Assembly (NCBI RefSeq): GCF_964204645.1
Contig: NC_134031.1
Coordinates: forward strand, 20,653,910 to 20,717,909
Reading direction: 5' to 3'
Length of the DNA stretch: 64,000 nucleotides
Origin: Tubulanus polymorphus
Lineage: Eukaryota; Animalia; Nemertea
Part shown: positions 15,201 to 30,200 of the stretch, in pieces
Position numbering within the stretch: position 1 is the first letter of the stretch
Layout: each line of letters opens with the position of its first letter
Notes under the pieces: model-generated
Seen by the model: the letters and a program-made list of their open reading frames with translations, nothing else
Told to the model about the DNA's origin: nothing
Databases searched by the model: none
Translations under genes and position numbers: made by a program

Positions 15201-18200
15201 TTGCAGTAAAGTCCCTATAGCTGCTAAAACAAGGATCAGTAGTGATTTTGATTCTATAGCCTATCTGACGACTCAAGACATGTCTTAACTGACCATGAGA
15301 CTTGTGAATTAGTCTTAACTATAGAACCATGAGAACATTAGGACTTGTGATGTATAGTCGTGACTGTGAGCAACCGGATCCATTCAAGCCTATTTGGGGA
15401 CTATATCTTCACTTGGAACTAGATCAATACAGTTCAATAAATTACATTTCTGTTTCTGTTTTGACCATGTTTATACTTTTTTCAAATAAATCGTTGTTTT
15501 CAAAGCAATAAGAAAAGAATAAATAAAAACGTACCGAACTCTCATAATTGCAGCAACGATGAAAAATAATCCTATCACAGTAGAACAAGTCGATATAACC
15601 ATAATCTGCGTTTTCGTAAGACCAATACTTCCCGGACCACCTATAAAAAAAAACAAATAATTCATTTCATTCTCTAATATCTAAAATCAAACCAGTTTTC
15701 ACGTGGACTCACCAGCGGGCCAATTATTATAGTCAAACGAAAATAACTTGAATTACGAATCGATTTTTTATCGAAGGCAGTAAAGACCACACTACGTTGT
15801 GACATGCTACCAAACGATCCGTCGATCAACTAGCGCCTGATCGTATTCATTATTCAAATCGTTTCACCAGAAATAATTTCATTCTATCATTATTTACACG
15901 ACGCCGGTAGTTGTGCTGTTTTTTTCACATCGAACTCTCTCGACTCTAGGGGCTAACAGGTTGATAACCCAGGCCACAGTACAGGCTCGTCTCAGAGTAA
16001 CAGATTGATAACCCAGGCCACAGTACAGGCTCGTCTCAGAGTAACAGATTGATAACCCAGGCCACAGTACAGGCTCGTCTCAGAGTAACAGATTGATAAC
16101 CCAGGCCACAGTACAGGCTCGTCTCAGAGTAACAGATTGATAACCCAGGCCACAGTACAGGCTCGTCTCAGAGTAACAGATTGATAACCCAGGCCACAGT
16201 ACAGGCTCGTCTCAGAGTTGCTGGGACTGCAAAAACGGTGTTTGTTAATTGTATATATTTATCAATTGACATTTAATTGTTATTTTATATATACGAGAGA
16301 TACAGGAATTAACATATTCTTACAGTACCAACAATTCTGATCCGGTCACTGTGAACACAAACGAGTTTCTCTGCTACGATGTGAAAAAACCTTGTTGGAA
16401 GTGAAAACATCAATTCAAAATGTTATCTAAAATCAATAGCAGTTTACTGGCACTCAATAACATAACTTGGTGTTCGTTGCTTCGCGGTGTCTCATTAAAT
16501 CTCGGAATTTTCTCAAATCTGGAGCCACTGAATCTGACGTGATGTGTCATGGCGAATAATCGTTGCGGAGAAAAATATGATAGGAATTTTCATTAGTGCG
16601 ATATCATGAAACTTTCGCCGAGAAAGCGAGCAATCATTTACATTATTGGCCGTTGTATGAGTCGAGCTAATGAGAAAAATACATCCGAATACATTGTTTC
16701 ATGCTACGTTACTTATTGATTGATTGATTCTATTCGACTCAACATATTTGGCGATGGAGGATTCCTCTTGTGGCAAGCGAGGGCCCGCCAGGTTCGCCAC
16801 TGTCGATAAAAAGCGTGTCGGAAGCAAACAGCGCTTCATCCCTCAACAGACGCTGAAAGCTTTTCTTCATCAAACGAATTTTTCTACCGATGAAACGAAA
16901 TGATTCGCAAACAGCCGGATATCTTTGTAGAAAATGATACACACACGACGATGATACGTGTAGGCTACGAGCCGTGTCGATTGACAGTCTCGTCTGGCGA
17001 TATCGGTTTCTACGTCGTTTGAAGTAGTATCATGTCTTTTGCGTGACCCCCGCGTTGTTCCGAGATCTATACCGATATATTTGAAACAATGTTGATAGAG
17101 AGTCACTCTTGATATGATGATCGATGAATACGTTTGTTGCCTTGGACCTTTTCAAACGCAAGCTGCTCATCACTCATTCATCTTCTCAGTCTTCTATCAA
17201 AACGAACAAATCTCCACCTTTTGGAAAAACCCGCTATTGATAGAAAAACTGTATGGGTAGTTTTACGTTTTGACTCAAATATAATACTATAAACTGTTTT
17301 GGAAACAGATCAAATTCTCCTATAGCGCAGGGCGACAATGTCACTAAGTGATACTTGGTAGTGACTTGACTTTCATCAATGGCCGTTTCTCCTTGTGAGA
17401 GAAACCTGTGTTAGAATTCACTGTAAAGCAGCCTCAGTCAAACCGCAAAGTCAAAGTCTTTTTTAGATTTTGGGGTTTTCATAAATTCAAAACAATGACT
17501 TGTCTATGAAAATCTAACATTGTCTTACAAAACGTATCCATCATTTGTATCTACCTTGGTTAGGAATGGTTGAACTGTTTTTCAACTATATGGCAAACCT
17601 TGTGGATTATCAGAGTTTCATTTTCAAAATCAAAACAATTCCCTTTCCTGTCTTACGCACATGAAACCAGGACTACACAAAACGTTTCACAATCTTCCAG
17701 CGAATGTCTGAACCAAGGTGATGTATTTCTTAAAGTTAAATCTGCACTACGTTATCATTACGATTCGCATCAGAGGCAGCCATTTTTAATTCTAGAGTTC
17801 TTTGTTTAATGGAGTAGATTGTATTTAATGGGGGTAGCAATCTATGGCAGATTTAATCCTTTGGAGCGAAAACAATTTTCTTGATCTTACCGCGTATAGC
17901 TTATATCCGAACTACGGAAGTTCGGTGTTTATTTTCAAAACTGCGGATCTGATATCCGCCGTCTGCGCGCACTAATTCTCGAACGACCGCGGATCAGAAA
18001 AGTAAATTTCCGTTTTGGTAACTAGTCGACGGAACATGAAACATCTGCAAGCTTTTAGAGCGAGTTTTGCTTTGCCGTTTCTTTACACGAGCGTAGAAGA
18101 TTTCTGAAGCGGGTTATTGGCAAGAGCTTTTTCACATCGTAATAATCATCAGAACAAGATAAACTAAATAAGATTTAGAAGTCGGTTTGATTTAACGACG

Positions 18201-21200
18201 CTTCTTCGATTTCACGTGATATAGGCCTACATTGATATGGATCTACAATGTACGATGCGGAACACGACCAAACGTAAATTTATGTTAAGCCTGACGCGCG
18301 ACACGCATCCGACTGAAAAACCAGTTTAGGTGTTTTTTTTTTGGTCGGCACTAGAACAACAACAACAAAAAAACATCGATATTTTCTCTTTCGGGTTTTG
18401 TCGAAATAAGTGAAGGTTTGTCGTTTTTTTCGTGTTTTCGTAATCTGTGTTGCCGGTTTTGTAAACGAGCTTTTGTATTGTAAGCATACAGTGATAATCG
18501 ATTTCGTGAATAAAGAAACATTCGATTTTTTAATCGTATACGTCATTTTGTTTCGTTGAAAGACCAAATATATATGGTTTTACAAAGCCGTTCACAACGT
18601 ACCCATCAAATTATTAAATGCTAAACAATTTTAGGCGCTGATCGCTCAACATCGATTCGATATGAATTTGAGAAGAAATGGAGACTTTTAACTGCCACTT
18701 ATCTCTAATCGATGAAATATAATTCATCGCGCAGTAATTACTCAAATAAATCTAGGCGCGTGTGGGGGCCCGGAAGCGGAAATCAGCAGCCATATAGACA
18801 CGACTAACTCCCGGAACATCCGCTTTCACGCAGTCACTGGGTGGGGAGGCAAATGGGCAAAGTTTCTTTATAATTGCATTCTAATTTAGATTTACGTTAC
18901 GGCGTGGCCCGATTCAATTTCACAGTTGAGTTCCACAACGCTTAAGACTTTCCGATCATCCTCGGTTTTCGTATAGTTAGTCGAATGGTGATCGGAACTA
19001 ATAATCGAACGCGCTTCGATTCGGTCGTAACGGATTTCACAGTATCGGCCATCTTGGAACATGGTGCGAACTACCGTACGTGCAACCGTACGTGCTCAAT
19101 CGCGTGGGCGCTAACATTTCCGGACTATAGTTCGGACTAACGGACATTCGGTTTCACTTCGCAAATAATTGACATAGTCCAATAACCGAAGTTCGCCCTT
19201 GTGCAATCGATAAGATACATCAAATGTCTTGATAATGAAGGTCAAGCGCCTTAAGAGCAGTTATCAATTTCCCCAACAATAATAAAATACTCGCATTTTG
19301 TAGCGTTAACTACGGAACAATATATCTTTTCGCTTTTTCCTTCGTGTTCTAAAAACGGAAACGAAATTTATTTTACCCAATAAATTACATTTCGGTGCTA
19401 TTCGCGGAGCAACGGGTTTGATTTACACTTTTATCTGCGCGTTTTATGTAGATCTCTCCGCGGCTTCGACGACGATACGCAAGTTACTGTTCTGAAGAAT
19501 TGCAGTTCTATTCATGGCGTTATTAACGATTCCAGTGAGCTGTCGGTACAAACCTATAAAGCGACCCGTCGTACCCAGTGATTGCTTTTATAGTTAGCAC
19601 AGTTACGGCACTATTTCCCGTCGTAGCGATTCTGTGCGTAACACGATAGAACACGTGAGGTGACTGGTCAACGTCAGGATTTTTACATATAGCGGTAGTT
19701 CTTAACTGGTGTCAGGTCTGGCCATGTAAACCCCGTGGAGACCACGGGTGTTGTTAGCCCAGAACTTCAAACTCCCCGTTTATTTTCACCCAGTCCTGGA
19801 AGTGGTTGTGTCCACAGTGATCTCCGCCGCTCTACGATCACCCATCTACCTATAGTAAGGTTCTTGGTAAATTAGATTTTATCTAGAAGTGAGCATTATG
19901 GAATTCTATTTCATCTGTGACGTGCATAAAATGCGGGTCCTCCTGGCTAATTCGATAATGTGTGCCCGTGAAGACCCGCGGGTCTTTCAGCAAGGAGAAC
20001 TCAGGTCGGATAGCGCGTGTAAAGAAACATGCAATTTTTCCTTTCTAGAAAAATGATATACACCAAGCAGGAGTTTAGAGCTTCTAGTCTACCGATCAAA
20101 ATGCAGCATCATATTCTTCCAGGACAACCCTTAGCTATATACGACTTGGCACACTAGATTATGAAGGGCGAAATAGGTAAACTGAGGGAAGAAAGTTTAT
20201 GCAACAGAATGTGAAATGTTAGAAAATGAGTCCAATAGTGTACAAAATTTGATCAATGGAATGAATCTCCAATATCCTCAGATGTCAAATATTAGAAACA
20301 TTTATTAGGAACAACGTTATTTCTTTTCAGCTAACTCAATATCCTTTGCACCAATTCACTCAGATACAGATACATACGTACATGCAGTAACCTCTGAATC
20401 AAATCAATTATATACTATTCTCTTACTTTTTGAGTCGACGGTTTTATTGCTTGTTACCGCTATTGGTATTGTAGATATGTATGAGATCATGGAATAGTTT
20501 CACTGAAACTCGATTGCTTCCATGATGAAATCCCCTGACGACATCCATAACTACCCGACATCGTAGATATTGACTTATCAAGATTTTAACGGTTTCAGCG
20601 TTCTAGGAAAATGAGTCGACGTCATTATCAGCATAATTGTGGGTGACAATTTTTCTAAAAGTGTCTATAAATCAGTCGCACTAAAGACTTTATCTCACCT
20701 CAAATGGACTGTCTATAAATCAGTCGCATTAAAGACTTTATCTCACCTCAAATGGACTGAGAACTGAATTCGAAGTAACACGAGGATATTTGCTTTAGAT
20801 CATCATGTCTCCACATATAGGGACACGATAGGAGATATCTCTTAACTTGGAAAATAAATGCACCATTCACACCAGTCTATATCGGATTTCGTATCGTTTA
20901 ATAAGTATATATTACAATAATCATTATATAACCACTGATATAACATCGGGTACATTACAGCCGATAGTCCAATAATTCGCTAGCATTGACAACGACGCAA
21001 ACTCTCTCTCCTCTCCCATTGGAATCCATCGCTATGCAGCCGACCTTGACATTAACTCCTGCGCAGCTACATGAGCGTAACTTCACAGGCGATGTCAACT
21101 TCCCGTTTGATTCCAGTGAACTATGGAGAATTGCCACCTGCTCTTCTCCCAAAGCCAGACTAGAGAATCTAATCATATTTCGTTGCCGTGTATAACGATA

Positions 21201-24200
21201 TAGAAAAAACATAAGCATTCTATCACCCCCGATACGTGTAGTTACAGTCAATGTCCCGTACAAACGATAACAAATCATGCGAACAATTTTCACGGACAAC
21301 AGAACCATGTATTCACGAAGCAACCGTAAGCCTTTACCGTCCCATGTAAGTCTACCAGTAAATTCACGCGTTAAGTGAAAAGTCTGACACGTAACTTAAC
21401 GGATGCTTCGTGAGTGCGGTCCCATACATCTGATTATTCGTGTCGCATCGTTGATAACTACAACCTGTCAGAGTTCTCACGGAGACATACGTAAATAACT
21501 TGAACTGCCTTTCAAATCTACAATGGACGCATTTTAAAACGAAGGTCCGACGAAAACAAAAAAAAACTACCGCCATGTGCTTGTTCAAATTGACCGTTAA
21601 TGCCACATTGGTTGGCAAACAAAACGTGGATTTACAGGACAGACCCTCGACGTTTGTAAATCCCCTTATTAGCAGTTTATGTTGCTTCTTTGGTGGTTAT
21701 TTTTGTATTTTACTTTTAATAAAGAAATAAATTTATGATAATAAAAGAAACTATGACGTCACTTGCAATATCTCTACTCAAGTACAGAGGTTTTAACAGC
21801 CATAAACTTAAGAGTCTCCTAACACTTGAATACGAGTGTTGATGAAAAATTGATAGCTTCCAATAACAGCTTATTCATTAACCGACTGTACCGTGTATAT
21901 ATCTAGCAGTATTTCGTATATCCTATACTGTTAAACGAACACAATCTACTTATATTTCTTAAACGACCAACAAAACTAGTAGTATTTCAAACTCTATTGT
22001 GAATTCGCCTTTTTGCTGACACATTTAAAACACGATTCAACTTGCATAATATTGGTTTCAGACACGTTCAATTTCAATAAAAAGCGGTTTGAAATAAGTT
22101 TTTCTAAAAATGTCGAATGAATATGAAAAGTTATTAATGTTGGGAACATAAATCCACTTATTGTCCAATGGAAATCCTTTAATATAAGTAATAATCAATA
22201 GTAACTTTCATGAACAGATCCAAAAGTTTCTACATCAGGTACGTATCGTTATAGATTTTCTAAATTTTGTAATAACGTCTAAAAATGAAATCTCAAATAC
22301 ATCAATCGTGTGTTTCACATTGTTTTGTACAAAACACATTTAGGCAACCTTCATTACGAGTTGGTGTACACTTGATTTATGATGAATAAATTAAATTGAA
22401 TTGCCATTATAGTCCCATCGTGCTTTTCGACGAGACATGTCTAGAATGATTCCACGCGCGCCTTGTTTGCTCCTTGTCTTCGGCGAAACTGAATATTGTA
22501 ATGACTCTGTAGCGGATGTGAGCTCGGGCAGCTTAATTACTCGCTTACTTGCAAACTGTCGGTAACCCCCGCCACCGTCAACGCCTGCCAGTTCTAGAGT
22601 TCGACTGGAAATCATTTGCCGTCTGATTAAATCAAGACGCGCGCTACGACATAGACAGCAGAGAGCTGGAGTGGTTGAACGGAACACGGGCCAATTTCCA
22701 TCAAATTAGAACCGACGCAAATAATCACCGAGAGAAACAGAAACAAGGTGAAGCGATGTGTGTTTATATTGTAGACGTTTCGTGCGGCTTCGACTGAAAA
22801 TGATTTCGGGTCGCAATTTATGCTTGTTTACGCGTTGCGTAAAATGGCAATATTTGAAAAGTTGAAAATTGCGGAATGTCGTTCTGTTTACATTACAGCG
22901 ACTCGCGATCCAGGAAATGCACGAATCCAAAGCCTTTTCGCGCAATTTATCCTGTCTGAAGATTATGAACTTACGAGGAAAAATACCCAACATCTAGAAT
23001 CTGAAACGTCTATCGTGTCTCCCATTTGAATCGAGGCGAGATTTTTTTCTTGAGATTCCCTCAAGCAGTTTAAACTGAAAAACATTTCAAATGAATAAAG
23101 ACCCACACGTCAAAGAGCTACATTTTAAAATCTAGAGAGTCGCTGTGCTCGAGTTTCTTTATCGGTAAGAGAACTACTAAACGAGACCCCGAATCTGGCA
23201 TTCAGCAGTCCGAGGGAAATCTTAAAAAAGGAAAGAAGATAGAAATTTTGCGAGAATGATAGCTCGGTGCTCCCGGCCGTGTATTTATAATGTGTACGAG
23301 TTCTATTCATAAACGCAAAAGCCGGTAAACTGATTTTGTAACAAGATAGTGATAGCTTCATCAGCTAAATCTGTTTGCAAACGAGTGACATTTTTGGTGG
23401 CTGATTGGTAGAAATGATCATTTTTGAAAACGGCATCAGTCGAATTAATATTTCGACGTGAAATTAATTCCGCGTTTTATTATTTGTAATACATATAGCG
23501 GTTACAATGATTGCGTATATTAAAAGCACAATACGAAGATGATCCAAGGGGAAATGGCAGATTCACTATATCTGCTACGCGCAGAGCCGCCGTACTAGGC
23601 AATGTGTAATTATACCGAGTAGTTGGCTTTATGGGGCAATTCATCATTCAAATTGCAATATTGCCGCGTCCTTATATCGTTGAAATGACAGTAACACATT
23701 GGAAAGTATTGACGCGTCGGTAGGATCCTACTATACTTGAATGCCGAGAAATGTTTGCCACTGAATCTTGCGCGTCGTGTTTTTAAAACACCCACGACAC
23801 GAACAAGTGCTACTAGTAGTGATTGCGGTGTTCGTGTGTGCACTACCGTTACCACCAGTTCCCGGATTATTTGAAAAGTTTTTTGACGACGCAAAAGCCG
23901 TTACAATAATGTTTGAATACATCGATACCAAATAACTAATTTGCCTTGCACTTCTTTGTCGTTAAATAAAATTACTTTCTGCTAATGTCTATTTATTTTC
24001 GTGTGATATAGATTTTTGGGACATTTCTTTCTTATTGACACGGTGTAGAATGGATATAAAAACGATAAAACAGTTTATTCAAACTGTACAGTTTCACCAG
24101 TCATATAAAGTCCAATTTGAGGTATGTGCTCTGGAAGCTTAAGAGAAATATCCCAGAAATCGATGTCAGACAAAAAATAGACTTTATATAAGTTAGTAGA

Positions 24201-27200
24201 ATCTGATCAAAAAACACCAAAAACCAGAAGCCAAAGACCGGAACATGCCCAAGCTCGACCCTAACCCTAACCCTAGTACGCTCTAACCCTAGCAGGACTC
24301 GAACCTGCGACCACCAGCATGCCAGCCGAGGACGCCAACCACTAGCCTACTGCGGTCTGGCTACTGAGGGAGTTAGTAAATATTACTGGTCAGTGTGACC
24401 AGTCAGGTGTGGTCGACAATAGTCACTGATAATTGTCCGCATAAAAGATAAGAAAGTGAGTGAAAGTGAGTAGAATACATTGTTAATCGATGTGTCCATA
24501 CCAGAGGAGCACATTTCAACCATTTATTCACGGAATATACTGGCGCTTTATGGGAGCTTATCGTTATCATTATAGGGATTTCCCCCATTATCTATTTCAT
24601 CGATAAATTTGGTTCGATGTTTTATTTTAATTTGGTGTCCATTTACAAACCCACCACACCTGCCGGGAGCGAAACAGGGGTTTGATTTTGAAGTTGGAAA
24701 TCGAAGTACAGATATAGTGGGATTATCAGCTGTCAAATATATAGAATTTTTGCTTCAATCAAAGGAGAGTGGATGTTTCGATTCGTCTAAACAATCTTCC
24801 CTCCAGCTTCCAGCTTGAACCGGCGACATAATCATTATCATAACACGTATCTGTTGATTGTTCGCGCGATTAAACTCGGTCTGATGAAAGAATTGACACC
24901 TCACTCCTCACCACCTCACACCTCACCACCTCACATCTCACAACCTCACACCTCACCACCTCACCACCTCACACCTCACATCTCACCACCTCACACCTCA
25001 CACCTCACCGCCTCACATCGCACAACCTCACACCTCACCACCTCACCACCCCACCGCCTCACACCTCACAACCTCACCGCCTCACATCTCACAACCTCAC
25101 TCCTCACCTCACACCTCACCGCCTCACATCTCAAAACCTCACTCCTCACGACCTCACAACCTCACACCTCACCGCCTCAGCCGCAGGGAAACACGACGAC
25201 AGATTCATCAAACATTTAGATCTTCGGTGCGCGGATAAATTTCTCCAACCCTTTTTGAAACCGAATGACTATCGGCGGAGGGAATTACTAAACCAATATC
25301 TTGACCGATTTTCTGAGCGATCATACGGCAGTAAGATAAGTCCTCTATGTGTTCCGATATAGCGCACATCTGTACGCAGTTCCACGGTATAGCCAAAACT
25401 ACTTTATTTCCAGTTACTGATATTTCAACTTCGGGATCAAATTTTACATCTGGGTAACGTTTCGGGCTGATTTACACGGGATAGACCATAATAACTGCAT
25501 CCCACATCCAGAAATACCTGCGCTGAAATTAACAATTTTCTTTGTTTTGCTCGATTAACTACTCGTAATTAATTCACTATAGAACTTTGTGGTTTATTCT
25601 AACAATGAATCTGACCTGTCAATTTATACTTCAAAACCAACATATTCTTTCTCTTAAAAATTGTATCGCTAATACATTCCTGATAAGTACAGTCCTAATT
25701 TTTATCCTTCAGGCATAAACCCTCGATTCAGGGTCTGGGGTATTTTGGACACATTTGAGGTTACTATAAGTGGGGGATTCTGTGTGCGTATTTCGCTGCA
25801 GAGTCGGGTGACTAGCGCGAGACAAACGAAGTGCGAACTAATGAACATTATCTTTCTTAAAATATTCGTCGCCGGGAATGTGATTTGTCAGTGTTGTTCT
25901 TCCACGGCAACTAACGTTATAAAGTTGAGCCATTTGCAAACAAACGACATAACAAGTAACGCCGGAAATTAACCATATGACGGAACGACCTGCGTCTGGT
26001 AGAAAATAGTGTTAATTCCCTGGATCTGATGTGTTCTGCGATATCTGTTCACAACAAGATGAATTCAAGCATAGACAATTCGACTCGATATATGCATGTT
26101 AATAGTTAACAAGGTGGAATGGCCTCCGGTCATTCCTTATAATCACGGTAAGATAGTATCTACTGGAAAATAAAAAGACTCCGCTACAAGAACTACATAG
26201 ATAGGAACACTAGATTACTGAATGATTCAATCAAACAGATATGATCGCCAAGTTTGTTTTTTCTATCACCATCGAAGCGCTTGATAAACATTTATACTTC
26301 TATCAATTGGATCCAGTTCCAGAGATATGAGTCGAAATTGACTTGAGTTTGAGCGATTGAAAATGAGTTTACGTGTAAAAACCCAAGTGATTCATCTAGT
26401 TAGACTAAAGATACATATTCAATCATTCAAACTTTAAAAGAGTAAAGATTATTGAAAATGATGTAATTTCGACTGACTGAAGCCTTTTTATTTTAGCCGC
26501 TATTGTGTTCATCTTCAACAGATAACAGAATACATTCTCGAAGAGTTGCGTTAAGCAGACGAACGCTCCCCAAGGATGAAATTAGGCTCGGTTCAATTTG
26601 GTCCTATATTTCATAAACAACAACTGATAATTGAAAGCCATTTTTTAGGTGGAAAGCCAGACCACATAATTCTGCGGGCTCGATTCTACGGAAGCGATAA
26701 GGGGCCTCTACTTGTCGCATGCTAACTCAACAAGTCGCGGTCGGTCTTAAGAACGCTTGCGTCATATCGAATCTTACTCGACCTTAGTTAGGCTTTAGAT
26801 TCGTCTGAAACGTAAAGCATAGAAAACAGAAACATTCACGAAGCGCGCTGTTAGTTTTCAAACGAAAATCCCCGGTATCACGGCTACAAAAAATATTCCC
26901 GCTAGATTTTCTAACACAATAAAGGCGGATTAACGAAACAGACGGGAATCAATGTTTCTCGTCTGCTGTCGACGTTCTCTAGAGTTAGCGCTGGAAGTAA
27001 TTCGAATGCTAAATGAACGCACCTCGGAGACGCATCTGAGCCGGAAAAGCAGCGAGAATCGTTTGATTAAACGTTATTCATCTTCAATCAGCGTCGTTAA
27101 CTTTAATTACTGTCAATCCGGCATTTAAATGACACGTCAAAATTGTGCGCATGTTGATAAAAGGACGCACGCAGAAATCGACTTAAAGGGAATTAGAATA

Positions 27201-30200
27201 AATATTATAAGCGTCTCAGCGAAATTGACATCAGTTCGGAAATGTTAACGACTTCCGTGCAGGTATCATCAATCTAGATCCCGCCTACATTTAACCGCTA
27301 GTTTTGATACCTTATCATTCTCAAAAATTCTTTTATCTTCGCCTACGTTCAGGATCTCACCTCAGACATGCGACTTATCAATTAAAAATGGAAAATTGCC
27401 GAAAAAAATGGGGACAACATTAAAAGTCATCACCAAACTTTCAAGAAGTCGTCATCAAGACTTCGTATAACAATGAAATGTTGAATGTGTGGAGAAAGAT
27501 TTTCAAGGGGTAGATTCTGTATCCCCTTCTAGATGCGTCCCCGGAGAGATGGTACCAGGCTGGTGCCATGAAACAGAATACTATCGTCATATGTACGGAA
27601 GAAATTGGACGCGTATCTCGCGTTAATTACTTACACTAAAAACGAGATGTAATCAGCATTTAGATCGAAGAGATGATCACATATATGTATGTATATATAT
27701 ATATACTGAACCAGAATCCAATCCGATCGCATGAATGACAGCCTTCGGTTTATAAGGCAAAGCTGATCGATATAGAGCTCAGGAAAATAACATGACCAAG
27801 ATATTGCGTCGCGAAATAGGGCCACGGATTCTAGATGTCACGAACAAGTGACACGAGTCGTACGTGACCTTGAACTCTAGACGAAGCCAGACGGACAGAA
27901 AGGCAGCTTACGACAGTTAGCGAAGGCAATTTGGGCGTTTAATGAGATATCGTCGTCATATTTCATAGTCGTTAAGATGCTGAGTGCGCGACAGTAAGTA
28001 ACTTAGCAATGAATAGACAAAGATATGGTTCCTCAAGAGAGATTTAATTACAGATCACCTGTTTATGGTGCAGCTGGAACTTGCATCAGAACATCGAAAT
28101 CAACCCGAAACAAAATGTCCGTGATGGAAATTGTCAGACGACGCCAATAGGGCCTACCAAGTCCACCCGGGGCTACTCACTAGGAAACGTGGGGGCTTGC
28201 CCTCTACGGGAGTCACCCTATATCGTGATATCATTTCGGCTATTTTCTTGCGACGACGCCGTAACTTTTTTGTTCACGACTTTACTTTTAAACCACGATC
28301 GAATCGGAGAATGCGAAAACTGGTCCAAACACACATGGACTGCGCCCATCCGGTCGACCGTCTTCGCTCAAATGCCGTTCCTAAAAAAAACGCATGTTGA
28401 ATTTTCAGCACATCTCTGTATCTAATGTATCGCTAATCACAGCAGCTTAAGAGAAAGACTTTAGTGTCGTGAAGTGCCATAAAGCCATACGCGTATCAAA
28501 TGGCATTTGGCGCTGTCGTGTGAGCTAGCAGGCCGCTGACAACTTGATCTAATTTCTCGTAGGCCTACGCGGATCACAAGCATTTAACGCGCGATGACGA
28601 TGATTGTTCTTGTAGTATTTATATATGGTCGAGGGCTGTTCGGTCGTCAGAAATATTCATATTCAATCCTGTGAGAAGTGTATATTCGGAAGCATACCGG
28701 TCGTACTTCAACGTCTTCTATCATTAACTAGCGAGAGGTGTATTTATTGACCGTTCTGCCCGGTGATAATGATAATGCAAATCGCTGTGTACGAGCCGTG
28801 TATATGTAGTAGTATTATCTGTTAGCTTTGCAGATGCATTATTCAGATAACTACCGTCAAAGCCAATGATACATATTCGAATGACGTTTCTTCGAATGGG
28901 GAATTGATTTATTTGAGAAAAAGTTCATTCGGTTTTCATTGAAATGTATAAGAAATATCGAACGCGGACGACCGAGTAACTACTAGCGAACCTGATGGAT
29001 CCTCCCCTGCCATAAGCGGAATCCTCGATTACTGCAGGAGGTTGCAGGTTTCCCATTCGAGATTTATGGAAAGTCGCGTCGACACTGAAGAAATTAAAAC
29101 TTCTAAAGTACGCCTCCGAAAACAAAGAGCGATATTTCATTATGTAGGGAATTCCATTATATACATATCGATCAAAGTTAATCTAGATATTGAAAAATCG
29201 TTGTAAATACTATTGGTCAGTTGGTGTGACTTGTGATGGCTGGGCGAGTAAGATGATAGTCGCACGAGCCAAATTCGGCCTGTATCAGATCAGGCCATGC
29301 CTGGCCAACCGTTCATACCGGTGCCAAATGAGTCCGTGTCTGTGAGACATGGGCCAAATTTGGCCCGACCAAAAAGTCTGATCAAGCCCGAACCAAGTTT
29401 TAGCACGGCTCAAATCATTACCCTGCCACAAATCGTAGTAACGCGTTCCACGAATTTGACTCGGGTTTGGTCCTGGCCAATTTGATCCGGGCCAAAATCA
29501 TCTCCGTGCGATCGTGGCTATTTCATGTCTAAAAAGTGAGATACTATCGTGTTCAAATAGAACATGTAATATATTTTGTGCTATGACGGTAAAACAAGGT
29601 ACACTTAATGGTTGCAAGTAAAGAAACACTTACGTTGAGCACGTGTGAATTTATTTTGTCAACTAAATGCGGTTAACATGTCGACAAAGAAACATTTCAT
29701 AAAATTGTTCTGTTGAAAGGAATGTTTATACGCGGCGGAAATCATTGAAAGCGTTTTCCGATGTGAGAAACTTGGGCGGCATTAATTCTTCAACCGCTAC
29801 ATTCCTGAAGACTCTCACCATGTCGCAACACAGTCAGTTACTGCAATATTCATCGAGTCATCTTGCCCGATGTTCTGCCGTCGAATACGACGCATTTGTA
29901 CACCACTAAATCTTCCCATTATGCCGACAATGGAGTTGGCCACAGACGGATAAGGGGATAACACCGTCAGTTTACTGAGATCAAAACAAAATGTGAAAGG
30001 TGAAAACAACCATCAGATCATCGGGGACAGAGACACTACTAGATCGCAAAGCAGCACTTTAAGACATCCTTTCATCTATCCGTGACTTTGAACGTCATAT
30101 CTTCACCGTAGAGAACGCGCATCAATACGAATGATCTGTATTTAATTAGAAGACTTAGTTATTCGACAAAATGTTACTTTTTAGTTATAATGTTCTATTT

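Noticed and set aside
15706-15840. Extra coding exon ending at the strong donor CTG|GTGAGT (~15713, minus strand)
   Set aside because: The frame needed to join the TM exon contains a TAA and I found no phase-compatible acceptor. It could at most be non-coding or alternative.
15954-16218. Possible CRISPR array
   Set aside because: Units are contiguous and identical with no unique spacers, there are no cas genes, and the context is eukaryotic.
24815-25219. 134-aa His/Thr/Pro-rich ORF
   Set aside because: It is the translation of a CACCT simple repeat.
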